Part shown: one piece after another, positions 36,314-44,301 of the stretch
How the letters are laid out: the number at the start of each line of letters is the position of its first letter
Position numbering within the stretch: position 1 is the stretch's first letter
Origin: an uncultured Rikenellaceae bacterium
Lineage (GTDB): Bacteria > Bacteroidota > Bacteroidia > Bacteroidales > VadinHA17
Reading direction: 5' to 3'
Assembly: GCA_964426435.1 (NCBI GenBank)
Contig: CAYRQY010000003.1
Span: 1 to 44,301 of the forward strand
Length of the DNA stretch: 44,301 nucleotides
Made by a program: the position numbers and the translations under genes
The notes under the pieces: model-generated
What the model was told of the DNA's origin: nothing
Databases searched by the model: none
The model's input: only the letters and a program-made list of their open reading frames with translations

Positions 36314-37537
36314 ATGAGAGTTTGTATAGTTGAGACACCGGAGGATAAAAGGGAATTTCTTGAATTCCCGAAGAGGTTATATAAGGGAGATCCATTCTGG
36401 GTATGTCCCCTGGATAATATGACAGAGAATGCTTTCGACCGGGAAAAGAATTACATGTTCCGGAGAGGCGATGCAATCAGGTGGATTTTGAAGGATGATT
36501 CCGGAACGACAACGGGAAGAGTGGCTGCATTTATTGATGAGGCGAGATCGAAGGCAAACAGGCAGCCCACAGGCGGAATAGGATACTTTGAGGTGATAGA
36601 TGACAGGGATGCGGCTTTCGCATTATTTGATGCAGGGAAGGAGTGGCTTGCCGCCAGGGGGATTGAAGCCATGGACGGACCGGTCAATTTCGGAGAGAAT
36701 GACAATAACTGGGGTCTCCTTGTCGACGGTTTTATGCGGCAGGGCTACGGAATGCCCTACAACAGGGAGTACTACAGGAGCTTTTTTGAGGAGTATGGAT
36801 TCAGGAATTATTTTGAGCAGTATTCCTATCACAGAACGATAAGGGGCGCCGACGGCAGGCTGGAGGAGTTCCCCGAAAGGATCATGAAAATCGCGGAATG
36901 GCTTACCCGGAGACCAGGTTACTCGTTCAGGCATTTTACCATGGGGGAGAAAGACAAATTTGCAGCCGACCTGGTGGATATTTATAATGCAGCCTGGGCG
37001 GTCTTCAAGGAGGACTTTATCCCGCTTGCACCCGAGCTCATTGAAGACACTTTAAGAAAAACAAAACCCATAATCGATGAAGAACTGGTATGGTTCGCCT
37101 ACCATAATGAGAAGCCGATCGCCTTTTTTATCCTTTTGCCGGACCTTAACCAGATAATCAGGTATTTCAACGGCAGACTTCATGCATGGAACCGGCTCAG
37201 GTTTCTATGGTTCAGGTCAAGGCATAAAATGACCCGAATAAGGGCTGTAGCTGGCGGAGTGAGTCCGCTGTACCAGAACAGCGGAGTAGAGTCGGCAATT
37301 TTCTACAATGTTTACCAGGTTTTTAAAAGGAAACAATGGTACAATGAGCTTGAACTCTCGTGGGTCGGAGACTTCAATCCCAAAATGACGGCTATCTACG
37401 AAGCACTTGGAGCAGTCAGGGCAAAAACACATATAACATTCAGATACATGATTAACGAAAGCCTCCCGTTTATAAGGTACAGTGACGAAATGGCGGAGAG
37501 GCAGAATGCCGGTCCGGGGAGGGTGGAGACAGAATAA
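36314..37537 (+). CDS. YghO/bacterial ceramide synthase-like GNAT N-acyltransferase
   Basis: LY..DP.WV.PL, GRVAAFI, G.IGYFE..DD...A..LFD, GPVNF...GLLV.GF, YN..YY, LPD.NQ, GV.P.YQ.SG, ELSWV...N..M. Confidence 0.75.
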   Translation: MRVCIVETPEDKREFLEFPKRLYKGDPFWVCPLDNMTENAFDREKNYMFRRGDAIRWILKDDSGTTTGRVAAFIDEARSKANRQPTGGIGYFEVIDDRDAAFALFDAGKEWLAARGIEAMDGPVNFGENDNNWGLLVDGFMRQGYGMPYNREYYRSFFEEYGFRNYFEQYSYHRTIRGADGRLEEFPERIMKIAEWLTRRPGYSFRHFTMGEKDKFAADLVDIYNAAWAVFKEDFIPLAPELIEDTLRKTKPIIDEELVWFAYHNEKPIAFFILLPDLNQIIRYFNGRLHAWNRLRFLWFRSRHKMTRIRAVAGGVSPLYQNSGVESAIFYNVYQVFKRKQWYNELELSWVGDFNPKMTAIYEALGAVRAKTHITFRYMINESLPFIRYSDEMAERQNAGPGRVETE

Positions 37538-37550
37538 TTTCAACAATCAT

Positions 37551-37581
37551 TTTGCAGATATGATTTTTTATGTTAATTTTG
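37551..37581 (+). promoter_or_regulatory. Consensus promoter of rpmE2
   Basis: TTTG-N19-TAATTTTG. Confidence 0.8.
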
Positions 37582-37634
37582 CACTCCCGCAATTGGGGAA
37601 AATAATTCTACAATAAAAAGGTAAAAAGAAAACG

Positions 37635-37898
37635 ATGAAAGAGGGTATACATCCGGGCAATTACAGGCTTGTTGTTTTTCAGGATATGTCGAACGGTTAC
37701 TCTTTTATGTGCAAATCGACTGCGCCGTCGAAAGAGAACATCAAATGGGAAGACGGAAACGAGTATCCGCTTATAAAGCTTGAAATATCGAATACGTCGC
37801 ATCCCTTCTATACCGGCAAGATGAAGCTGGTTGATACGGCGGGAAGGGTTGATAAGTTCATGAACCGCTACAAGAACCACGTGGGTAAAAAGAAATAG
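37635..37898 (+). CDS. rpmE2: 50S ribosomal protein L31, type B (zinc-independent)
   Basis: [43 protein letters not shown]. 87 aa with no CxC/CxxC. Confidence 0.96.
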   Translation: MKEGIHPGNYRLVVFQDMSNGYSFMCKSTAPSKENIKWEDGNEYPLIKLEISNTSHPFYTGKMKLVDTAGRVDKFMNRYKNHVGKKK

Positions 37899-37917
37899 GC
37901 ACCGATGCAGAAAATTT

Positions 37918-37947
37918 ATCCCGGCTCATTGCCGGGATTTTTGTTTT
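37918..37947 (+). terminator. Intrinsic terminator after rpmE2
   Basis: ATCCCGGC-TCATT-GCCGGGAT followed by TTTTGTTTT. Confidence 0.85.
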
Positions 37948-38007
37948 CGAAAGGGAGCATGCATACATTGATGAAGCCGGTATCGGGTGTTTTGCAAAAA
38001 ATATGTG

Positions 38008-38015
38008 TATTTTTG
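38008..38015 (+). promoter_or_regulatory. -7 promoter element for lon-coaD
   Basis: TATTTTTG, 16 nt upstream of the lon ATG. Confidence 0.65.
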
Positions 38016-38031
38016 ACGCTGAAGAGCCTTT

Positions 38032-40494
38032 ATGGAAAAAAGAGAAAAGCGCATTTTTAAAGAGTTCCTCTTACCCGATCTTCTCGACGGCGAAGGAGAC
38101 ATCATTCCGATCATAGCCGACGGAGACGACAGTGAAATGGATGATGCCGATATTCCCGATACCATTCCCATACTTTCGCTGAGGAATACGGTACTGTTTC
38201 CGGGGGTTGTGCTTCCCATTTCCATCGGACGCCCCAGATCGATCCAGCTTGTAAAAGATGTTTACAGGCAGGATAAGATTGTTGGCACCGTGGCCCAGAA
38301 AGAGCCTGAGGTGGAGAATCCGAAATTCGGCGACCTCCACACTGTCGGCACCGTAGGGCAGATAGTGAAGCTCCTGGAGATGCCGGATGGCTCGACAACA
38401 GCCATCATCCAGGGGAGAAGGAGGATGATCCTGAATGAGCTGATCTCGGAAGATCCCTACTTTATCGCGCGTGTAAGAACAATTCCGGAGATTAAGCCTG
38501 AGGCAAGCAACAGGGATTTTGACGCAATAGTCGGGTCTCTTAAGGATCTGTCGCTCAAGATAATAAAAATTAATCCCAATATCAGTCCGGAAGCTTCATT
38601 CGCTATCCGCAATATTGAGAACAGCACCTATCTGATAAATTTTATCTGTTCGAATACTGACATCAAGGTACAGGATAAGCAGAAACTGCTGGAGATAAAC
38701 AGCCTGAGGGACAGGGGTTATGCCCTACTTGAATACCTGGTTCAGGAAATACAGATACTCGAACTTAAGAACGAACTTCAAACCAAGGTAAAGAGCGATC
38801 TCGATCAGCAGCAGCGGGAGTTTCTCCTGCACCAGCAGATGAAGACCATTCAGAATGAGCTTGGGGGCAATCCGATCGAAAAGGAGATTGAGGAATACAG
38901 GAAGAAGGCAGAGTTAAAACTATGGAGTGATGATGTCAGAAAAACCTTTGATAAGGAACTTGGCAAGCTTCACCGCCTGAATCCCGCGGCGGCAGAGTAT
39001 TCGGTGCAGGTCAACTACATCCAGACCCTTCTCGATCTGCCATGGGGATCCTATACAACAGATAATCTTGATCTTATTAATGCCCGGAAAGTTCTTGACG
39101 ACGATCACTTCGGGCTCGATGAGGTGAAGGACAGGATTCTGGAGCACCTGGCAGTGCTTAAGCTCAAGGGCGATATGAAGTCGCCGATACTATGCCTCTA
39201 TGGTCCTCCGGGTGTCGGAAAGACCTCCCTGGGCAAGTCGGTGGCGAAGGCTCTCAGCAGGAAATATGTAAGGATGTCGCTCGGGGGCCTGCACGACGAG
39301 GCGGAGATAAGGGGCCACAGGAAGACCTACATCGGCGCAATGCCCGGCAGAATAATCCAGAATATAAGGAGGGCAGGTTCATCCAATCCTGTCTTCATAC
39401 TCGATGAGATTGACAAGGTAGGACATGATTTCCGCGGCGATCCTTCATCAGCCCTGCTTGAGGTGCTTGATCCCGAGCAGAACAGCACATTCTTCGATAA
39501 CTTCCTCGAAATGGAATACGATCTTTCGAGGGTTCTCTTCATTGCCACTGCAAACACCCTGGCAACAATAAGTCCCGCTCTGAAGGACAGGATGGAACTG
39601 ATTGAGATAACCGGATATCTGGTTGAAGAGAAGCTGGAGATAGCCCGCCGCCACCTGTTGCCAAAACAAACAGAAAACCATGGTGTTAAGCCGGCCCAGA
39701 TTACTATTGGAAGTGATGTGCTTGAGTATATCGTCGATAAGTACACACGGGAATCAGGAGTAAGGGAGCTCGACAAGCACCTTGCCAAACTGGTACGGGT
39801 AACGGCAAAGAACATAGCGTCGGGAACTGAGTATGAACCTGAGCTGAACAGGGAGGTCCTGACCGGAATACTGGGTCCACCGAGGTATTTCAGGGATCTT
39901 TACGCAGGCAACGAGCAGGCGGGTGTTGTTACCGGACTGGCATGGACACCGTCGGGCGGAGAGATCCTCTTCGTGGAGACAAGTCTGAGCAAGGGAACGG
40001 GTAAACTGACTCTTACAGGCAACCTCGGGGAGGTCATGAAAGAGTCTGCCATTATCGCACTGGAGTACCTGAAAGCAAATGCAGGGATGATAGGACTTCC
40101 CGCAAACTTCTCCGAAAAGTGGAATATTCACATACACGTCCCCGAAGGAGCGATACCCAAGGACGGACCATCAGCCGGAATTACGATGGCCGCTTCGGTA
40201 GCCTCGGCATTTACCCAGAGGAAGGTTAAGAAATACATGGCAATGACAGGGGAGATTACCCTGCGCGGAAAGGTGCTGCCGGTTGGCGGGATAAAAGAGA
40301 AGATACTTGCTGCAAGAAGGGCAAGCATAAAGGAGATCATTCTCTCGCAGGAGAACCGTAAGGATGTTGAGAACATTAAGGAGATGTATATCAGCGGATT
40401 GAAATTCAATTACGTCGATACCATAATGGAGGTGCTTGAATTATCCCTTCTGAAGCAAAAAGTAAAAAATCCCAAGAAAATTTCATTCGAATGA
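38032..40494 (+). CDS. lon: Lon protease (endopeptidase La)
   Basis: GPPGVGKTS, LDEIDK, HIHVPEGAIPKDGPSAG (catalytic Ser), PVGGIKEK (catalytic Lys). Confidence 0.98.
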   Translation: MEKREKRIFKEFLLPDLLDGEGDIIPIIADGDDSEMDDADIPDTIPILSLRNTVLFPGVVLPISIGRPRSIQLVKDVYRQDKIVGTVAQKEPEVENPKFGDLHTVGTVGQIVKLLEMPDGSTTAIIQGRRRMILNELISEDPYFIARVRTIPEIKPEASNRDFDAIVGSLKDLSLKIIKINPNISPEASFAIRNIENSTYLINFICSNTDIKVQDKQKLLEINSLRDRGYALLEYLVQEIQILELKNELQTKVKSDLDQQQREFLLHQQMKTIQNELGGNPIEKEIEEYRKKAELKLWSDDVRKTFDKELGKLHRLNPAAAEYSVQVNYIQTLLDLPWGSYTTDNLDLINARKVLDDDHFGLDEVKDRILEHLAVLKLKGDMKSPILCLYGPPGVGKTSLGKSVAKALSRKYVRMSLGGLHDEAEIRGHRKTYIGAMPGRIIQNIRRAGSSNPVFILDEIDKVGHDFRGDPSSALLEVLDPEQNSTFFDNFLEMEYDLSRVLFIATANTLATISPALKDRMELIEITGYLVEEKLEIARRHLLPKQTENHGVKPAQITIGSDVLEYIVDKYTRESGVRELDKHLAKLVRVTAKNIASGTEYEPELNREVLTGILGPPRYFRDLYAGNEQAGVVTGLAWTPSGGEILFVETSLSKGTGKLTLTGNLGEVMKESAIIALEYLKANAGMIGLPANFSEKWNIHIHVPEGAIPKDGPSAGITMAASVASAFTQRKVKKYMAMTGEITLRGKVLPVGGIKEKILAARRASIKEIILSQENRKDVENIKEMYISGLKFNYVDTIMEVLELSLLKQKVKNPKKISFE

Positions 40495-40979
40495 AAAAGA
40501 GAGCTGTTTTCCCCGGATCGTTCGACCCCTTCACCATTGGTCACGAAGGGATTGTGAGAAGGGCACTTGCAATATTTGATGAGATTGTCATTTCAGTCGG
40601 TGCCAATGCCCTCAAGAAGAGCTACTATTCACTCACCGCAAGGAAAGAGATGATTGCGTGTGTTTTTCCTGATGAACCCAGGATTAAGGTAGATCATTAT
40701 GAAGGGCTCACGGTTGATTATTGCCGCAAAATTGGCGCAGGTTTTCTTCTGAGAGGTCTGAGGACTGCCGCTGACTTTGAATTCGAAAGAGCTATTGCCC
40801 AGGTTAACAAGGCACTTGCCCCGGAGATAGAGTCTGTTTTCATCCTGACAATTCCGGAGCATGCATCAATTAACTCGACAATCGTAAGGGATATAATCAG
40901 GAGCGGAGCCGATGCCTCCCGCTTTGTGCCTTCGGCAATAAGACTGGGCGACTACAGGGGTGATGATCTGCCGGATTAA
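40491..40979 (+). CDS. coaD: Pantetheine-phosphate adenylyltransferase
   Basis: FPGSFDPFTIGH, RGLR...DFEFE, INSTIVRDI. ATGA overlap with lon. Confidence 0.96.
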   Translation: MKKRAVFPGSFDPFTIGHEGIVRRALAIFDEIVISVGANALKKSYYSLTARKEMIACVFPDEPRIKVDHYEGLTVDYCRKIGAGFLLRGLRTAADFEFERAIAQVNKALAPEIESVFILTIPEHASINSTIVRDIIRSGADASRFVPSAIRLGDYRGDDLPD

Positions 40980-41602
40980 CCCCTTTTAACCTGCGGTGTG
41001 AACATAGTGGTATTTATCACATCCAGGAGAGAGAGCCATACCCTTTCCCTGATGCGGGATGCTTCATCCGGACGCAGCCACTCAACAGCGGTGATGCCTT
41101 CAGAAGCATCAGGAGCCGAGATCATTTCCCCGCTGTAGTGCATCAGGAACCACTCAGTTTTTTTCAGATATGTAATCTCCTTCCTGGTATAGGTATGCCA
41201 GGTCGGTTCCAGGTTCCTTATGATCCTGTGCCCGGATATGCCGCACTCCTCCCGGACTTCTCTCAGTGCGCATGCCTCGGGAGTCTCATCCTGCTCGATG
41301 TGTCCCTTCGGGAGATCAAGCTTCCCGTTCTTCTCGATGAAAAGATACCTGCCCGACTTATGCTTTACAAGCCCTCCTGCAGCATGCTCCTCCGTGAATA
41401 GTATCCTGAAGAGTTTCCAGATGTGCTGAATATCCAGGCCATAGATGTTTACAGAGGGTATGCCGGGATCTGACTGAAAATCAGAGATTACTTTATAAAA
41501 TTCCTTTGTACGGTTAAAATTATGGAATAACCCGTATTTTTGTAACCGGTCAGGCTCAGGACTGATCACAATGTATCTGTCTTCGAAATGAACTTTATAC
41601 AT
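40976..41602 (-). CDS. NUDIX hydrolase
   Basis: Nudix box GHIEQDETPEACALREVREECG, DLPKG. Start assigned to MYKVHF (ATG 41602). Confidence 0.9.
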   Translation of the reverse strand: MYKVHFEDRYIVISPEPDRLQKYGLFHNFNRTKEFYKVISDFQSDPGIPSVNIYGLDIQHIWKLFRILFTEEHAAGGLVKHKSGRYLFIEKNGKLDLPKGHIEQDETPEACALREVREECGISGHRIIRNLEPTWHTYTRKEITYLKKTEWFLMHYSGEMISAPDASEGITAVEWLRPDEASRIRERVWLSLLDVINTTMFTPQVKRG

Positions 41603-41609
41603 AGCCGGC

Positions 41610-42248
41610 ATGAAAAACAATGCAAAAAGAATCGCCCAATATCTACTGCAAATTAAAGCAATTAAATTGCAACCATCAAATCCTTTTACGTGGGCATCGG
41701 GGTGGAAATCCCCGATCTATTGCGATAACAGAAAAACCCTGTCATTCCCCGAAGTGAGAAGTTTTATCTGCGACTCTTTTGTTTCGCTTGTTCAGGATCT
41801 TTATCCCGGTGCTGAAGTAATTGCAGGAGTGGCAACCGGAGCCATAGCACACGGCGCACTGGTTGCCGGTAAGCTGGGGCTGCCCTTTATTTACGTTAGA
41901 TCCGGAGCGAAGGAACATGGATTGGGCAACCAGATTGAAGGCTATTTTGAAGAAGGTCAAAAGGTGGTTGTGATCGAGGATCTGATATCAACCGGAGGAA
42001 GCAGCCTTGGGGCAGTAAAGGCTCTCCGGGAAGCCGGGACGGAGGTGCTTGGCATGGCAGCAATTTTTACCTATGAGTTCGGCAAGGCTTCCGATGCCTT
42101 TGAAGCGGAAAATTGTTCCCTCAGCACCCTTAGCAATTATTCTGTTCTTATCGAAACGGCGGCAGAGAGCGGTTACATATCGGCTCAGGATATTACCACT
42201 CTGAGTGAGTGGAGGAGAAATCCATCTGAATGGGGTAAAAATAACTGA
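41610..42248 (+). CDS. pyrE: Orotate phosphoribosyltransferase
   Basis: FTWASGWKSPIYCDNR, K.HG, VVIEDLISTGGS (PRPP loop). Confidence 0.97.
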   Translation: MKNNAKRIAQYLLQIKAIKLQPSNPFTWASGWKSPIYCDNRKTLSFPEVRSFICDSFVSLVQDLYPGAEVIAGVATGAIAHGALVAGKLGLPFIYVRSGAKEHGLGNQIEGYFEEGQKVVVIEDLISTGGSSLGAVKALREAGTEVLGMAAIFTYEFGKASDAFEAENCSLSTLSNYSVLIETAAESGYISAQDITTLSEWRRNPSEWGKNN

Positions 42249-42250
42249 TC

Positions 42251-42688
42251 ATGGGCGAGATAACTGAATTCACAAGCCGGAAAGGCACTATTTCATGCAA
42301 TGCCGGGGGAGTATACCGGTTTGTTACCAATCTGGATAATTTCAGGCAGTTTATTCCCGAGGGCACAATATCAGGATGGCACTCCGATGCCGATTCATGC
42401 CGGTTTGAGGTCAATTCGATAGGAAGCGTCAATATCAGGTTAACACTGAAGCAGCCAAACAGCAGGGTCGTTTATTCCGGCGAAGCACTGCAGAATAACA
42501 GTTTCTCGATAGATCTTGATATTACAGGCACAGGTGAAAGCTCTTCGGTTGCTTCGCTGGTGCTGCGAACGGAGACGAATCCTCTTATGAAGATGATTAT
42601 AGCGAAACCTGCCAGTCAGTTCCTTGAGATGATGATCAGTGAGATGGAGGGGTTCAGGGGCTGGGATCTGCAGGGTGAACAAACCTGA
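42251..42688 (+). CDS. SRPBCC/START-like protein of unknown function
   Basis: VYRFVTNLDNF..FIPE ... NPLMKM..AKP..QFL pattern typical of the Bacteroidetes pyrE neighbour. Confidence 0.7.
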   Translation: MGEITEFTSRKGTISCNAGGVYRFVTNLDNFRQFIPEGTISGWHSDADSCRFEVNSIGSVNIRLTLKQPNSRVVYSGEALQNNSFSIDLDITGTGESSSVASLVLRTETNPLMKMIIAKPASQFLEMMISEMEGFRGWDLQGEQT

Positions 42689-43412
42689 CCTCCCTGAAGG
42701 CGTATTCACATTTCTTTCCGTCACGCCGCTCTATTACGAGAAACCCTTCGGGCGTTACAGATATAATCCTCCCCGTAAAGTCACCACCATCGTCCTTGAA
42801 TTTGCTCCATTCCATGTACCTGTAAAGGGCAGCATTGTATTCTGCTGCGACAGAATCATATTCACCTGCCAGCAGCTGTTTGTATCTGCGGTCCAGCTTT
42901 TCCGCAACCTTCAGGAGGCACTCGCCGGGATCGCAGGTCCTGCCGCTTACCATTTTCAATGACACAGGTGCGGGTTCCAAACCGTCAAACCGCGACTGGT
43001 TGATGTTGATGCCGATACCGGCCACACAGGATGACACCGAATCGGCCATAATGCTGTTCTCGATAAGGATACCGGCAATTTTTCTGTCATTTACAAAAAT
43101 ATCATTGGGCCACCTGACACTGCACGATCCGGCTTCAGCCCTGATAAAGTCGCGGATTCCCAGCGAGAGTGCCATGGATATCAGGAACTGCTGATCAGGC
43201 CTGAGCATATCGGGGTAAAGAATGATGCTGAACAGCAGGTTGCTTCCCGCTTCGCTTTCCCACCGGTTACCGGGCTGACCTCTTCCTTCCGACTGGAAAC
43301 CGGCCCGTATGATTGTGCCCTCGGGAGGCTTCTCATCACGGATCAGTTCCGACGCAAGGGTATTTGTCGACGGAACCGATTCAGTGTATATTATTTTTGA
43401 TCCTATTATCAC
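42654..43412 (-). CDS. birA: Biotin-[acetyl-CoA-carboxylase] ligase (class I, no HTH)
   Basis: STN, Q..GRGQ.GN.WES, RWPNDI, KIAGILIE, GIGININQ. GTG start. Confidence 0.95.
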   Translation of the reverse strand: MIIGSKIIYTESVPSTNTLASELIRDEKPPEGTIIRAGFQSEGRGQPGNRWESEAGSNLLFSIILYPDMLRPDQQFLISMALSLGIRDFIRAEAGSCSVRWPNDIFVNDRKIAGILIENSIMADSVSSCVAGIGININQSRFDGLEPAPVSLKMVSGRTCDPGECLLKVAEKLDRRYKQLLAGEYDSVAAEYNAALYRYMEWSKFKDDGGDFTGRIISVTPEGFLVIERRDGKKCEYAFREVRFVHPADPSP

Positions 43413-43509
43413 GACAGCAGGGCAACGGGATATCTGTTAATTATTATTCTGTTTCTGCCCCGGGCCTGTACGGCGGATCCCGGGGGAATTAAAAAGAGTA
43501 AGCATGGTG

Positions 43510-43539
43510 CAAATTTACAGATAAAAGTTTGTACTTTTG
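43510..43539. promoter_or_regulatory. Back-to-back divergent -7 elements for birA and rsfS-ftsH
   Basis: TAAATTTG (minus, 43510-17) and TACTTTTG (plus, 43532-39), only 14 nt apart. Confidence 0.7.
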
Positions 43540-43569
43540 CGACTTGAACCATAACAGACAGATTTGTTG

Positions 43570-43950
43570 ATGAAGCCAGAGGCAGATGAAGCCCCACTTC
43601 TACTGAAGAGTGTATATAAGGGAATGTTTGAAAAGAGGGGGCAGGATGTTCTGAAAATAGACCTGAGAAGATTTGAAAACAGGATATCGGATTATTTTGT
43701 GATCTGCCACGGTGCATCAACAACCCAGGTCGACGCCCTGAGCTTCTCGGTGGAGGAGAGCGTAAGACAGGCCACAGGTCTGAAGCCTTTTCATGTTGAG
43801 GGGCTGGATAACTGTTTCTGGGTTCTTCTCGATTATGGAGATGTGGTTGTGCATCTGTTCCTGGAGGAGTACAGGAAGTTTTACTCGCTGGAGTCGCTAT
43901 GGGCTGATGCAGCCACCGAAACCATAGAGGATAACTTTATACCAGGTTAG
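43570..43950 (+). CDS. rsfS: Ribosome silencing factor (Iojap/RsfS)
   Basis: DYFVICHG.S..QV, HVEG, WVLLDYGDVVVHLF...R.FY.LE.LW. Start is ATG 43570 or TTG 43567. Confidence 0.95.
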   Translation: MKPEADEAPLLLKSVYKGMFEKRGQDVLKIDLRRFENRISDYFVICHGASTTQVDALSFSVEESVRQATGLKPFHVEGLDNCFWVLLDYGDVVVHLFLEEYRKFYSLESLWADAATETIEDNFIPG

Positions 43951-43955
43951 GAAAT

Positions 43956-44301
43956 ATGACTGAAAACAACAATAATAAACAAGCTCCAGGAGATAAATCC
44001 GACAAGAGCCCGAAGCCGAAATTCAATACTAACTGGATCTTTGCGATACTGGCAATCTCCATTATTCTCTTTCAGCTTCTCTCTGCGGGAAAGAGCGTGC
44101 AGAAAGCCACCACCAGCGAGGTGAAGAAAATGATTGCCAACCGCGACATCGAGAAGATAGTGGTTGTAAACAAGGACCAGGCAGAAATTTACCTCACCCA
44201 GCTTGCCCTGGAATCGGGGCGATATCCCGGGCTGGATCAGCAGGGAAGAGGATTCGGACTTGCAGTGCCGAAACCTCATTACACTTACAATATCGGCGAT
44301 A
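43956..44301 (+). CDS. ftsH: ATP-dependent zinc metalloprotease FtsH, N-terminal part (runs off the window)
   Basis: Open frame from ATG 43956: MTENNNN...KPKFNTNWIFAILAISIILFQLL (TM1)...DIEKIVVVNKDQAEIYL...PHYTYNIGD. Conserved position after rsfS. The AAA domain is outside the window. Confidence 0.85.
   Translation, partial: MTENNNNKQAPGDKSDKSPKPKFNTNWIFAILAISIILFQLLSAGKSVQKATTSEVKKMIANRDIEKIVVVNKDQAEIYLTQLALESGRYPGLDQQGRGFGLAVPKPHYTYNIGD

Noticed and set aside
37635-37898. Zinc-starvation (Zur-regulated) paralogue interpretation of L31 type B
   Set aside because: Type B is the usual L31 form in Bacteroidota. It has a plain consensus promoter and no evident operator.

Overview
A 44.3-kb chromosomal segment of a Bacteroidota bacterium, most likely an anaerobic Bacteroidales. 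This is inferred from many TAnnTTTG (-7) / TTTG (-33) promoters, the lack of Shine-Dalgarno motifs, porQ-cmk-ispH and birA/rsfS-ftsH synteny, and a Bacteroidetes-type cold-shock protein and tRNA-His. It is mostly housekeeping and metabolic. In order: DEAD-box helicase (partial), cold-shock protein, arsR-feoA-feoB plus sulfatase, an outer-membrane receptor, scattered carbohydrate enzymes (GH10, GH50-like, Tat-exported sugar isomerase, DUF1080), a Cu-type P1B ATPase, ispH/cmk/porQ, an etfB-etfA-membrane FeS oxidoreductase-acyl-CoA dehydrogenase operon, fused CcsBA, a CPA2 antiporter, tRNA-His, a flippase-like gene plus ceramide-synthase-like GNAT, rpmE2, lon, coaD, a NUDIX hydrolase, pyrE, an SRPBCC protein, birA, rsfS and ftsH (partial). 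No transposase, integrase, reverse transcriptase, cas or phage genes are visible, and I cannot prove a new system from sequence alone. The best candidates are: (1) a 25-bp hairpin-containing tandem array with compensatory stem changes and one spacer-like interruption; (2) a multi-hairpin element with 16-bp inverted repeats directly downstream of tRNA-His; (3) a Feo system under a metal-excess (SmtB/CzrA-type) repressor with a perfect operator; (4) a flippase + bCerS-like acyltransferase pair; (5) nested REP-like palindromes and structured cold-shock leaders.
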